The notes beneath the pieces are model-generated. The model worked only from the letters and a program-made list of their open reading frames with translations. It did no database searches and was not told the DNA's origin. 64,000 nucleotides of DNA, from positions 128,001 through 192,000 of the forward strand of contig JAWVXD010000004.1 in NCBI GenBank assembly GCA_033723415.1, written 5' to 3'. Source of the DNA: Sulfurospirillaceae bacterium (GTDB lineage: Bacteria; Campylobacterota; Campylobacteria; Campylobacterales; Sulfurospirillaceae). Of the stretch, positions 40,812 through 50,898 are shown one piece after another (the stretch's first letter is position 1; each line of letters begins with the position of its first letter). The position numbers and the translations under genes were made by a program.

Positions 40812-41945
40812 ATGAAAACAAGAAAACCTATATTATTACAAATATTTGATGGTGACAAGGGTGGGAAGATCGTGCTTTCTTTGCTGTTCTTCATCGTTGC
40901 CTATGTTTGTGTTACTAATCTATTTTTTTCTCATGATTCAATATTTTATTCATCTACATATTTAGTCACTTTGCTTGGGAAATACGTTGCTTTTGCACTT
41001 TTAGCACTTGCTTTGGACTTGGTATGGGGATATATCGGGATTTTGAGTCTCGGACACGGTGCATTTTTTGCTCTTGGGGGATATGGCATGGGAATGTATC
41101 TCATGCGACAGATCGGAGATCGTGGCGTTTATGGAAATCCTCTACTACCGGATTTCATGGTATTTATGAATTTAAAAGCTCTGCCTTGGTTCTGGCATGG
41201 ATTTGATAATTTCTTTTTTAGTATGTTTATGGTCGCCTTCATCCCGGGACTTTTGGCTTTCGTGTTTGGGTGGCTTGCTTTTAGATCACGAGTCACGGGA
41301 GTTTATCTCTCTATCATCACACAAGCCCTCACGTATGCTCTAATGCTGGCTTTTTTCAGAAATGATATGGGCTTTGGCGGCAATAACGGTTTGACGGATT
41401 TTAAAGATATCTTAGGGTTTAACCTAGATAATGATCATACAAGAGTTTCTTTGCTTATACTATCTTTTATAGCTCTTTTGGCAGGTTACATGATCAGCCG
41501 ATTTATTATCAATTCAAGGCTGGGTCGTGTTTGTATCGCAATTCGTGATTCTGAAAGCCGTGTTCGGTTCTTGGGTTACAAAGTACAGCAATACAAACTT
41601 TTTATATTTGTAGTCTCGGCTGTCCTAGCAGGCATCGCAGGAGCCCTTTATGTTCCGCAAGTCGGCATCATCAATCCAAGTCTCTTCTCCCCTCTATTTT
41701 CTATAGAGGTCGTGATTTGGGTTGCAGTTGGAGGAAGAGGAACACTATATGGTGCTATCATCGGTGCTTTTATAGTAAATTATGCAAGTACTTATTTTAC
41801 CTCTGCATTGCCTGAGATTTGGCTTTATGCTCTTGGCGGATTATTTGTGATCTCCACTCTTTTTTTACCAAAAGGTATCGTCGGATTTATGTCAAAATTA
41901 AATTTACGCAGAAGCAAAAAAAAGGTTTCCAATGTTCTTTCTTAA
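40812..41945 (+). CDS. urtC: Urea ABC transporter permease
   Basis: LDLVWGYIGILSLGHG, GVYLSIITQA, GGNNGLTDFK and VAVGGRGTL. Confidence 0.94.
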   Translation: MKTRKPILLQIFDGDKGGKIVLSLLFFIVAYVCVTNLFFSHDSIFYSSTYLVTLLGKYVAFALLALALDLVWGYIGILSLGHGAFFALGGYGMGMYLMRQIGDRGVYGNPLLPDFMVFMNLKALPWFWHGFDNFFFSMFMVAFIPGLLAFVFGWLAFRSRVTGVYLSIITQALTYALMLAFFRNDMGFGGNNGLTDFKDILGFNLDNDHTRVSLLILSFIALLAGYMISRFIINSRLGRVCIAIRDSESRVRFLGYKVQQYKLFIFVVSAVLAGIAGALYVPQVGIINPSLFSPLFSIEVVIWVAVGGRGTLYGAIIGAFIVNYASTYFTSALPEIWLYALGGLFVISTLFLPKGIVGFMSKLNLRRSKKKVSNVLS

Positions 41946-42720
41946 ACACAATAATGCCGACAATGTCGGTAAACTAGAAGGCGGAGAGAGGATCTTATAT
42001 TTAGACAATGTCACGGTGAGTTTTGATGGATTTAAAGCACTAAATGCACTGAGTTTAACTGTAGCTTATCGAGAACTTAGATGTATTATCGGAGCTAATG
42101 GAGCCGGAAAATCCACGATGATGGATGTGATTACAGGCAAAACAAAACCACAAAGCGGGGATGTCATCTTTGGGCGAGCCGTTAATCTGTTGGATATGGA
42201 TGAACCCTCTATAGCAGAAATAGGTATCGGCAGGAAATTTCAAAAACCGACTGTTTTTGGCGGACACAGTATTACAGAAAACCTAGAACTTGCGATGAAA
42301 GGGGACAAAAGATTTTTTAAAACCTTATTTGCCAAGATGAGTGGAGAAGAAAAAGAGAGAATAGAAAGAGTCATGGAGTTAATAGGACTTCAAGATTTTT
42401 ACAACAAGCAAGCCAGTATACTATCACATGGTCAAAAGCAATGGCTAGAGATCGGGATGCTGGTCATTCAAGAACCCAAACTTCTCCTTGTCGATGAACC
42501 GGTCGCCGGAATGACACCCGGGGAAGTTGAAAAAACAGGCGAAATCTTAACAAATCTTGCCAAAACAAACAGTGTCGTAGTAGTCGAACATGACATGGAA
42601 TTCATCCGAAGCATCGCAAAAAAAGTAACCGTTTTACATGAAGGCTCTGTTTTGGCTGAGGGTAGTATGGCGAGCATCCAAGAGAACGAAAAAGTCAGAA
42701 AAGTATATTTAGGTGAGTGA
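41932..42720 (+). CDS. urtD: Urea ABC transporter ATP-binding protein
   Basis: GANGAGKST, GRKFQKP, LSHGQKQWLEIGM and DEPVAGM. Confidence 0.94.
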   Translation: MFFLKHNNADNVGKLEGGERILYLDNVTVSFDGFKALNALSLTVAYRELRCIIGANGAGKSTMMDVITGKTKPQSGDVIFGRAVNLLDMDEPSIAEIGIGRKFQKPTVFGGHSITENLELAMKGDKRFFKTLFAKMSGEEKERIERVMELIGLQDFYNKQASILSHGQKQWLEIGMLVIQEPKLLLVDEPVAGMTPGEVEKTGEILTNLAKTNSVVVVEHDMEFIRSIAKKVTVLHEGSVLAEGSMASIQENEKVRKVYLGE

Positions 42721-43417
42721 TATGTTAAAAATAAACAAAGCCAATCAATTTTACGGTGAAAGTCATACTTTATGGGATTTAAGCTTAGAGATAGAGCCTG
42801 CTAAATGTACTTGTATCATGGGCAGAAACGGTGTAGGAAAGACTACTCTTACTAAAGTCATCATGGGATTATTACCCATCAAAAGCGGCGAAATTTTATA
42901 TGAAGGGCAAGACATATCAAAACTTAGCTCCGATAAAAGAGCCGGTTTAGGTATCGGTTATGTTCCTCAAGGACGCGAGATATTTTCCAATCTTTCAGTA
43001 AAAGAAAATCTTGAGATCGGGCTGCTTGGCAATCGCAACAATTTAAAAAAAGTTCCCTCAAAGATCTATGAACTATTTCCCGTTTTAAAAGAGATGTTGA
43101 AGCGAAAAGGCGGCGATCTTAGCGGCGGGCAGCAACAGCAACTTGCAATCGCAAGAGCTTTGTGTATCGAACCGAAGCTGTTGATACTAGATGAGCCATC
43201 TGAGGGAATCCAGCCAAATATCGTCCAACAAATCGGAGGCGTAATCGACTATCTTACAAAAGAAGAGAAACTCACCGTTGTGTTGGTAGAGCAAAAATTG
43301 CCCTTTGCCAGAAAACACGGAGATAGCTTTTATATCATAGAACGCGGGAGAAAAGTCGCAAACGGAGATATATCAGAGCTAAGTGATGAATTGATCAAGC
43401 AATTTTTGTCGGTATAA
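42713..43417 (+). CDS. urtE: Urea ABC transporter ATP-binding protein
   Basis: GRNGVGKTT, YVPQGREIF, LSGGQQQQLAIARAL and DEPSEGIQP. Confidence 0.94.
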   Translation: MSDMLKINKANQFYGESHTLWDLSLEIEPAKCTCIMGRNGVGKTTLTKVIMGLLPIKSGEILYEGQDISKLSSDKRAGLGIGYVPQGREIFSNLSVKENLEIGLLGNRNNLKKVPSKIYELFPVLKEMLKRKGGDLSGGQQQQLAIARALCIEPKLLILDEPSEGIQPNIVQQIGGVIDYLTKEEKLTVVLVEQKLPFARKHGDSFYIIERGRKVANGDISELSDELIKQFLSV

Positions 43418-43418
43418 G

Positions 43419-44168
43419 ATGAGTATTGCTCTAGCATTTAAAAACGATAGATTTAAGCTAAAGAAGCTAAAACTTCCTGCTAGATATTATCATTTTAATG
43501 CTAGTGAAAATTACATCAAACTACTCTGTATCGGAGAGGGAATCTTCCCAAAAGATAAGATTACCGTCCAGATAGATTTAGAGCATTCAAGCTCTATTTT
43601 TTCAACTGAATCTGCAACAAAAGTCTATCCGTCTACAAAAGAGTATAGCATCAATGCCATCACTATATCCCTAAAAAATTCAAATTGTGAATTTCTCAAT
43701 GATGAATTGATCCTTTATAAAAACTCAAAATTGATCCAGTTTTTGAAGATCAGATCAGACAGCAACTCAACGTTTTTCTACTCTGATATTTTGAGTTCCG
43801 GCAGAAGTTTTGAAAATTTTGATTTTACGTCGATGAGAATCAGGAACAGATTTTTTATAGATGGAAAATTAGAATATTATGAAAATTTTGACATAAGCGG
43901 AGATGGGATCAAAGAGTATCTGCAAAGAAACCATGCCAAAAAGTTGATCTTTGCAAAAATCTATATGAAAACAGGCGATAATGGTGATTTTTTAGATACT
44001 TTATCAGCACAAGGCCTTCGATCTTTTAGCTATACTAGAAACAAACAAATGATCATAGGCGTACTCAGCGCAGAGAATATGTATGTCATAAAAAATAAGA
44101 TAAATAGAATTTGGCATCTATACAGAAATAAACTCGATAAGAAACCGTTCAATCTGGGCAAACAATAG
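43419..44168 (+). CDS. ureD: Urease accessory protein UreD/UreH
   Basis: GEGIFPKD, TESATKVY and GR motif; position in the urease operon. Confidence 0.82.
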   Translation: MSIALAFKNDRFKLKKLKLPARYYHFNASENYIKLLCIGEGIFPKDKITVQIDLEHSSSIFSTESATKVYPSTKEYSINAITISLKNSNCEFLNDELILYKNSKLIQFLKIRSDSNSTFFYSDILSSGRSFENFDFTSMRIRNRFFIDGKLEYYENFDISGDGIKEYLQRNHAKKLIFAKIYMKTGDNGDFLDTLSAQGLRSFSYTRNKQMIIGVLSAENMYVIKNKINRIWHLYRNKLDKKPFNLGKQ

Positions 44169-44177
44169 GAGGATAAA

Positions 44178-44861
44178 ATGTTTTTGACAAACAGAGAACA
44201 AGAAAAATTGATGATCTATACGGCATCAAAGCTGGCATTTGAGCGCAAAAACAGAGGCTTGAAACTCAACTATCCAGAAGCCGTAGCCATCATAAGCTCT
44301 TTCATACTTGAGGGTGCACGCGATGGCAAAAGTGTGAGTGAGCTCATGGTAAGTGCCACACAAGTTTTAAGTGAAGATGATGTACTAGACGGGATTGCTT
44401 CTATGATGGAAACCGTGCAAACCGAAGCGACTTTTGATGACGGTACAAAACTTGTAACGGTTCACAACCCAATTCCTACAAAAAAATCAGAGACAACTCC
44501 CGGCGAATACTTCATAGATGAGGGAGAGATAGAGCTGAATGTAGGAAATGAAATCATCAGTATCGAAGTAGAAAACAAAGGTGACAGACCGATTCAAATC
44601 GGTTCGCATTACCATTTTTTCGAGGTCAATGCTTTTTTATCTTTTGATAGAGAAAAAGCCTATGGCAGAAGACTCGCTATCGCTTCCGGTACTTCTGTGA
44701 GATTTGAACCGGGCTCGGTTAAAAAGATAGAACTGGTCAATTTCAAAGGAAAACGATATATCAGTGGATTTAATGCTTTAGTCGAAGGGTACTTGGATGA
44801 TGAGAGCACAAAAGAAACCGCAATGAAGCGATTAGAAATCTTTTTGGGAGAAGTGCAATGA
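44178..44861 (+). CDS. ureAB: Urease gamma/beta fusion subunit
   Basis: [15 protein letters not shown] and [17 protein letters not shown], then [16 protein letters not shown] and GTSVRFEPG. Confidence 0.95.
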   Translation: MFLTNREQEKLMIYTASKLAFERKNRGLKLNYPEAVAIISSFILEGARDGKSVSELMVSATQVLSEDDVLDGIASMMETVQTEATFDDGTKLVTVHNPIPTKKSETTPGEYFIDEGEIELNVGNEIISIEVENKGDRPIQIGSHYHFFEVNAFLSFDREKAYGRRLAIASGTSVRFEPGSVKKIELVNFKGKRYISGFNALVEGYLDDESTKETAMKRLEIFLGEVQ

Positions 44862-45019
44862 TAACTTTTTTGCAAAGCATTACAATAAGTCCGCGGAATT
44901 TATCTTGGGACTTGTTCCAAGTTAAAGAAGTCAGACTAAATTATTCTTGCCAAAGGCAAAGCTTTAGTGATAGGAATTTATCTTGGGACTTGTTCCAAGT
45001 TAAAGGAGACAGACAATGA
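44858..45019 (+). repeat. Tandem pair of two-hairpin repeat units forming a 53-aa ORF between ureAB and ureC
   Basis: Identical 33-mer GGAATTTATCTTGGGACTTGTTCCAAGTTAAAG at 44895-44927 and 44973-45005. [56 protein letters not shown] has ATGA overlaps at both ends. Confidence 0.88.
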
Positions 45020-46719
45020 AATTATCAAAACAAAAATATGCCTCGATGTACGGACCGACTACCGGGGATCGATTTAGACTCGCAGATACTTCTTTGATAG
45101 CCCGCATCGAAAAAGATTTTACGATCTATGGTGAAGAGAGCAAATTTGGAGGAGGGAAAACCATACGAGACGGTATGAGCCAATCTCCGAGGGCTACAAA
45201 CACAGCTGATCTGATCCTCACAAATGCCGTGATCATAGACTATAGCGGTATTTATAAAGCAGATATCGGCATCAAAGACGGCAAGATCTCGGCGATCGGA
45301 AAGAGCGGAAACCCTAACAATTGCGATGGTATCACAGAGGGCTTAGAGATCGGAGCAGAAACAGAAATACTCTCATGCGAGGGTAAGATCATCACAGCCG
45401 GAGGGATCGATGCACACATCCACTTCATATCTCCAGGACAGATAGATGAAGCGTTTTCAAGCGGAATCACTACGATGATCGGCGGAGGTACAGGACCAAA
45501 CACCGGAACCAATGCAACAACCTGTACACCGGGAGCTTGGAATATACACAAAATGATAGAATCAGTCGATGATATTCCACTAAATTTTGGTTTTATGGGA
45601 AAAGGAAACAGCAGTAACTATGAAGCTTTGAGGGCACAAGTCGAGGCCGGAGCTATGGGTTTGAAACTTCATGAAGATTGGGGCAGTACTCCAAAGGCAA
45701 TAGACACCTGTTTAAAAGCATCCGATGATTTTGATGTACAGACAGCGATCCACACAGACACGCTGAACGAATCTGGTTTTGTCGATAACACCATCAACTC
45801 TTTTAAGAACAGAACCATACACACCTTTCACTCTGAGGGTGCAGGCGGCGGGCATGCCCCCGATATCATGAAAGTTGCAGGACTCGAAAACATCTTGCCC
45901 TCTTCCACGAACCCTACCCTTCCTTATACAAAAAATACGATAGAAGAACATCTGGATATGTTGATGGTCTGTCATCACCTCAGTCCAAAGATTCCTGAAG
46001 ATGTCAGCTTCGCAGAATCAAGGATCAGAGGCAAAACGATCGCCGCTGAAGATGTTCTACATGACATCGGCGCCATCTCGATGACCAGTTCTGATTCTCA
46101 AGCCATGGGAAGAGTCGGAGAGGTTATCACCCGAACCTGGCAAGTAGCACACAGTATGAAAACGCAACGTGGGGCTTTAGAGAGTGATAACGAGCGAGAC
46201 GACAACAACCGCATCAAACGCTACATCGCAAAATACACGATAAATCCGGCGATCGCTTGTGGGATAAACGAGTATGTCGGCAGTGTAGAAGTGGGGAAAA
46301 TGGCAGACCTAGTGATGTGGGATCGAGCGTTTTTTGGAGTAAAACCTACGATCATCATCAAAGGCGGCTTTATAGCACTTAGTATCATGGGTGATTCAAA
46401 CGCATCAATACCGACACCTGAGCCAAATCTTTACAGACCTATGTTTGGAAGCTTAGGTAAAGCCGCTGCTAGGACAAGTGCTATCTTCGTTTCAAAAGCT
46501 TCATTAAATGCTGGACTTGAAGAGAAATTAAAGATCGATAAAAAGATGCTTGCGGTGAAAAATACGCGAAATATCAGTAAAAAAGATATGTTGCTCAATG
46601 ATTTTACGGGAACCATAGAGGTAGATCCTGAGACTTACGATGTCAAAGTCAATGGAGTATTAATCGAGTCAAATGCCATGGATGAACTCCCTATGGCAAA
46701 AAAATACTTTTTATTTTAG
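45016..46719 (+). CDS. ureC: Urease alpha (catalytic) subunit
   Basis: [37 protein letters not shown] and SSDSQAMGR. Confidence 0.97.
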   Translation: MKLSKQKYASMYGPTTGDRFRLADTSLIARIEKDFTIYGEESKFGGGKTIRDGMSQSPRATNTADLILTNAVIIDYSGIYKADIGIKDGKISAIGKSGNPNNCDGITEGLEIGAETEILSCEGKIITAGGIDAHIHFISPGQIDEAFSSGITTMIGGGTGPNTGTNATTCTPGAWNIHKMIESVDDIPLNFGFMGKGNSSNYEALRAQVEAGAMGLKLHEDWGSTPKAIDTCLKASDDFDVQTAIHTDTLNESGFVDNTINSFKNRTIHTFHSEGAGGGHAPDIMKVAGLENILPSSTNPTLPYTKNTIEEHLDMLMVCHHLSPKIPEDVSFAESRIRGKTIAAEDVLHDIGAISMTSSDSQAMGRVGEVITRTWQVAHSMKTQRGALESDNERDDNNRIKRYIAKYTINPAIACGINEYVGSVEVGKMADLVMWDRAFFGVKPTIIIKGGFIALSIMGDSNASIPTPEPNLYRPMFGSLGKAAARTSAIFVSKASLNAGLEEKLKIDKKMLAVKNTRNISKKDMLLNDFTGTIEVDPETYDVKVNGVLIESNAMDELPMAKKYFLF

Positions 46720-46727
46720 GCCATGTC

Positions 46728-47162
46728 ATGATAAAAAAAGTCATCCAAATCACGAAAGAGACAGAAGCAAACGACAGCGTGGAATTAAGCTGGTTTGATA
46801 TGCAAAAACCAAACCTTAGTGCACTCACGAATCTGGGTGTAGCGTTTATTATCAAAGCAAAATTTACACACCTTCATGTGGGTGACATCTTGATTTGCGA
46901 GGATGGATATAAGATTGAAGTAAAAAAGACTCAGGATGAGATCTATATCTTAGAGTTTACCGATCATATAAAATTTGCAAAAATAGCTTATGAGATCGGG
47001 AACCGACACCAACCGATCACGATAGAAGACTATAAGATCACGGTTTTAGACGATCAATCAATCTCTGATATTATCTCAAATCTCACCTCTGATAAAGAGG
47101 TAAAAATAACTAAGACGAAAGGATATTTTCATCCCAATGGAAAATCACACCATTCGCACTAA
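46728..47162 (+). CDS. ureE: Urease accessory nickel chaperone
   Basis: AYEIGNRH and C-terminal HHSH. Confidence 0.88.
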   Translation: MIKKVIQITKETEANDSVELSWFDMQKPNLSALTNLGVAFIIKAKFTHLHVGDILICEDGYKIEVKKTQDEIYILEFTDHIKFAKIAYEIGNRHQPITIEDYKITVLDDQSISDIISNLTSDKEVKITKTKGYFHPNGKSHHSH

Positions 47163-47826
47163 AGCTCTGAGCAGGTTTGTGCAAATCTTTGACGGTTCAT
47201 TTCCATCAGGCGGGTTTGTACACTCATTTGGGCTTGAGCCGCATGTGCTTTTAGAAGTCGTGCATGATGAACAAAGTTTGAAAGATTATCTTCTAAACAT
47301 AATATTGGATCAATATCAAAAGTTTGAATTCGCTTATGTTGAAAAAGTGTTTAGCAATCTTCAAGACAACAAATTGGGGCAGATCATCAAAGAAGATGAA
47401 AAATTTGTATCGATGCTCTCGTATGAACTTTCAAAAGCAACTTGTGACTTGGGAAAAAACTATCTAAAGCATATAAATTTTGATATAAAGAAAAAAGTTG
47501 TAAAGGATTATTTCAACGCTGCTCATGCAGGAGAAAGCGCGGGAAATGAGTTGATGATCTTAAGTGCCTATGCGTATGAATTGGATGTTAATTGTGATAC
47601 TTTCTTGCTTTTGTGGTGCAAAAAAAATATCGTCAATATTGCCTACGCCTCGCTAAAGATCTCTCGCATCAAGCCATCAGAAGTCCAGAAGCTTCTTTTT
47701 GAATTTGATGACATACTGGAAGAGATGATAAGAAATAGCTCGAAAAGCATAAGCAATTTTAATCCAATATTTGAAGAAAATATTTTTCAACATAAAAATT
47801 TAGAACCAAAATTATTTACGACATAA
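47137..47826 (+). CDS. ureF: Urease accessory protein
   Basis: DGSFPSGGFVHSFGLE and C-terminal KLFTT. Confidence 0.88.
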   Translation: MENHTIRTKALSRFVQIFDGSFPSGGFVHSFGLEPHVLLEVVHDEQSLKDYLLNIILDQYQKFEFAYVEKVFSNLQDNKLGQIIKEDEKFVSMLSYELSKATCDLGKNYLKHINFDIKKKVVKDYFNAAHAGESAGNELMILSAYAYELDVNCDTFLLLWCKKNIVNIAYASLKISRIKPSEVQKLLFEFDDILEEMIRNSSKSISNFNPIFEENIFQHKNLEPKLFTT

Positions 47827-47834
47827 GGAACGAA

Positions 47835-48425
47835 ATGAGTGTAAAAATAGGCATAGCAGGACCGGTTGGAAGCGGTAAAACTTCTATCATCGAATCCTTA
47901 ACAAATTTGTTAAAAGATGAATATAAGATTGGCATAGTCACAAACGACATCTATACACTAGAAGATGCAAACTACCTAAAAAAGAGACTTGACATCAACA
48001 CTGAACTCATCACCGGCGTAGAGACAGGAGGATGCCCTCATACTGCGATCAGGGATGATATCTCGATGAATGACAAAGCCTGCAAAGAGCTTGAAGCAAA
48101 GTTTGATCCCGACATAATCTTTGTAGAAAGCGGAGGTGACAATCTATCGGCAACTTTTTCTTATGAATTAATTGATTACTATATCTATGTGATCGATGTG
48201 GCACAAGGAGGAGATATCCCGAGGAAAAAAGGTGCGGGACTACTGTTTTGCGATCTATTGGTCATCAACAAAACAGATCTTGCCCCTTATGTAAATGTAG
48301 ACTTGGAAATTATGGAAGAAGACGTAAAAGAAAACAGAAAAAACAAACCCTATGTTTTTATAAGCAACAAAGAAGAAAACACTCTTTTAAAAATAAAAAA
48401 ATGGATTTTAGCACTTATTGATTAA
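47835..48425 (+). CDS. ureG: Urease accessory GTPase
   Basis: GPVGSGKT, ETGGCPHTAIR, ESGGDNL and NKTD. Confidence 0.95.
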   Translation: MSVKIGIAGPVGSGKTSIIESLTNLLKDEYKIGIVTNDIYTLEDANYLKKRLDINTELITGVETGGCPHTAIRDDISMNDKACKELEAKFDPDIIFVESGGDNLSATFSYELIDYYIYVIDVAQGGDIPRKKGAGLLFCDLLVINKTDLAPYVNVDLEIMEEDVKENRKNKPYVFISNKEENTLLKIKKWILALID

Positions 48426-48496
48426 ATGCTTGACAAAAACTTTTCTAAAGTATAATTAGGTTAAAATTTCTCTTATTTCAAATAAGGTGAATTATT

Positions 48497-49822
48497 ATGA
48501 TGAAGACAATTATGCCAATTACCGCGATTATTGCCCTAAGATTTATGGGACTTTTTATCGTATTGCCTGTACTTTCTGTATATGCGCTAGGTTTAAAAGG
48601 CTCAAACGAATTTTTAGTAGGAATTACTATCGGCGGATACGCTCTAACACAAATGTTACTTCAAGTACCATTTGGAATGCTTTCAGACAAGATCGGAAGA
48701 AAAATAACGATCACAATCGGACTCGTTATCTTTATAATCGGATCACTGATCTGTGGATTTAGTACAGATATCTATACTCTAATGCTTGGTAGATTTATCC
48801 AAGGTGCCGGAGCTATAGGAGCTGTTGCCATCGCAATGATAAGCGATATGGTAAGAGAAGAAGTCAGAGCCAAAGCTATGGCAGTGATGGGAAGCTCTAT
48901 CGCTCTCTCTTTTGCATTTGCGATGATGGCCGGACCTTTGATAGGCGGTTATTGGGGTGTTGATAAGCTATTTTTTATCGTTGCAATCTTTACTATCGTT
49001 GCTATTATTATCCTTTTCGTAAAAGTTGAAAATCCTCCTACCATAAAACACAATTATGACAATAGTGAAAGACAACTTTTGGAAATACTCAAAAACAAAG
49101 ACCTTATGCGTATGAATATCACGAATATGCTGCAAAAAGGTATGATGACCTTGGCATTCTTGGTCATACCGATCATCATGCAAAAACAGTTTGGCTGGGA
49201 AAAGAAAGAACTTTGGATGGTCTATATTCCTGCTATGGTTTTTGGAATGATCGCGATGGTGCCGGCTGCTATCATAGGTGAAAAATACCATAAAGCAAAA
49301 GAGATACTGATGCTAGGTATAGGATTTTTTGCAGTAAGCTACTTGATCATGGGATATACTAGTTCTGCATTTTTATTTATCGTAGGAGTTATAGTATTCT
49401 TTATAGGATTCAATATGCATGAACCTCTTATGCAATCTATGGCGAGCAAATATCCAAGGATACACCAAAAAGGTACAGCACTTGGGATATTTAATTCTTT
49501 TGGCTATATAGGAACCTTTATCGGTGGTGTATTTGGTGGATATTTCTTACAAAACTACGGCATGAAAGAGATAGCAGTAGTTATTGTGGTTGTTGCCTTC
49601 GGATGGCTTTTTATAGTGAAAAGCATCACTAATCCTAGAATAAACAAAAATCTATATATCGATGCGGACAAGATCGATGCAGCACAGGCAGAAAAACTAC
49701 ATGACATAGACGGTGTGGTAGAATGGTACAAAAATGAAAATGAAAATACACTCATCGTCAAACACAATACTCTCAAAACAAACAAAGAAGAGATCGAAGC
49801 ATTTTTAGGTGTTAAACCATAA
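48497..49822 (+). CDS. MFS transporter (YajR-like)
   Basis: LRFMGLFIVLPV, LSDKIGRK and GRFIQGAGAIG. Confidence 0.85.
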   Translation: MMKTIMPITAIIALRFMGLFIVLPVLSVYALGLKGSNEFLVGITIGGYALTQMLLQVPFGMLSDKIGRKITITIGLVIFIIGSLICGFSTDIYTLMLGRFIQGAGAIGAVAIAMISDMVREEVRAKAMAVMGSSIALSFAFAMMAGPLIGGYWGVDKLFFIVAIFTIVAIIILFVKVENPPTIKHNYDNSERQLLEILKNKDLMRMNITNMLQKGMMTLAFLVIPIIMQKQFGWEKKELWMVYIPAMVFGMIAMVPAAIIGEKYHKAKEILMLGIGFFAVSYLIMGYTSSAFLFIVGVIVFFIGFNMHEPLMQSMASKYPRIHQKGTALGIFNSFGYIGTFIGGVFGGYFLQNYGMKEIAVVIVVVAFGWLFIVKSITNPRINKNLYIDADKIDAAQAEKLHDIDGVVEWYKNENENTLIVKHNTLKTNKEEIEAFLGVKP

Positions 49823-50238
49823 TAGCACTATTTTTTGTATGCTTAGGCGCTGCCACCTTATTACCGGGTGGCAGCGAAGTTTTTTTCTTATACAAAATCC
49901 ATCAATCACCTGACCTCAAATACATCTTTCTACTCGTTGCAACACTCGGCAATACTATCGGTTCATTTATCAACTACATACTAGGCAAATATCTGAGTGA
50001 ATTTGCACTCTCAAAATCCTACTTTGAAGCAAAATCCATCAAAAAAGCAACCACTCTTTTTGATAAGTACGGCTTTATCTCACTGCTCTTTGCTTGGTTG
50101 CCCATCATCGGCGATCCGATCACGTTTGTAGCGGGACTTTTCAAGTATAATTGGCTAAAATTTTTAGTACTTGTCACTATATCAAAATTCTTAAGATATG
50201 CCTTTCTTCTTTATATGTTTGAATTTGCCTCAAAATAG
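49819..50238 (+). CDS. YqaA/DedA-family membrane protein lacking a canonical start (ATA start or recent pseudogene)
   Basis: Hand-translated 139-codon open frame with ATLLPGGSE, LGNTIGSFINYILG and WLPIIGDPITFVAG. It begins with ATA overlapping the upstream TAA, with an in-frame stop just upstream. Confidence 0.75.
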   Translation: MIALFFVCLGAATLLPGGSEVFFLYKIHQSPDLKYIFLLVATLGNTIGSFINYILGKYLSEFALSKSYFEAKSIKKATTLFDKYGFISLLFAWLPIIGDPITFVAGLFKYNWLKFLVLVTISKFLRYAFLLYMFEFASK

Positions 50239-50296
50239 CAAGCATAACTTCATTACAATGTTATAATATAACTTAAAAAAACACGAAAGAGAAAAA

Positions 50297-50890
50297 ATGT
50301 TTGAAAACATCATACACTCACACACTTTTATAGTGTATGGGATACCGGTACTGATCTGTCTTGCGCGGATCACAGACGTAAGTATCGGAACTTTACGCAT
50401 CATCTTTGTCTCTAAAGGACTCAAATTTATAGCTCCTATTCTGGGATTTTTTGAAATCTCTATCTGGCTAGCTGCCATATCACAAGTTATGGCGCATCTT
50501 GACAGTCCTGCAAACTTTATAGCGTATGCCCTTGGTTTTTCTCTTGGAAATTATATCGGTATGTATATAGAGAACAAACTTGCCATCGGGCTCGTTGTCG
50601 TACGTATCATCACCAAAAGAGATGCACATGTTTTAGTGGAAAAACTCAGAGAATTAAAGCATAATGTCACCGTTGTAGATGCACAAGGAAACGAGGGAGA
50701 TGTCAATATCATATTTACAGCCGTAAAAAGATCCAAAACAAAAAAAATAATCCCGATCATACAGCATCACAATCCACAAGCAGTATACTCAATAGAAGAC
50801 ATAAGATATATAAGCGATCCAAATTTTCCTATAAAAACGCCAAGGAGCGCAAAAAAGTTCAGTCAGCTTTTAAGGCCTGTTAGAAAATAG
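50297..50890 (+). CDS. DUF2179/UPF0316-family membrane protein
   Basis: ARITDVSIGTLR, GFFEISIW, YALGFSLGNYIG and EKLAIG-like motif. Confidence 0.82.
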   Translation: MFENIIHSHTFIVYGIPVLICLARITDVSIGTLRIIFVSKGLKFIAPILGFFEISIWLAAISQVMAHLDSPANFIAYALGFSLGNYIGMYIENKLAIGLVVVRIITKRDAHVLVEKLRELKHNVTVVDAQGNEGDVNIIFTAVKRSKTKKIIPIIQHHNPQAVYSIEDIRYISDPNFPIKTPRSAKKFSQLLRPVRK

Positions 50891-50898
50891 ATAACAAA

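Noticed and set aside
44895..45005. 33-bp identical direct repeats with a 45-nt spacer as a mini CRISPR array
   Set aside because: Only two repeats, no cas genes, the spacer is itself homologous to other copies of the dispersed element, and the repeats recur singly at other operon junctions.
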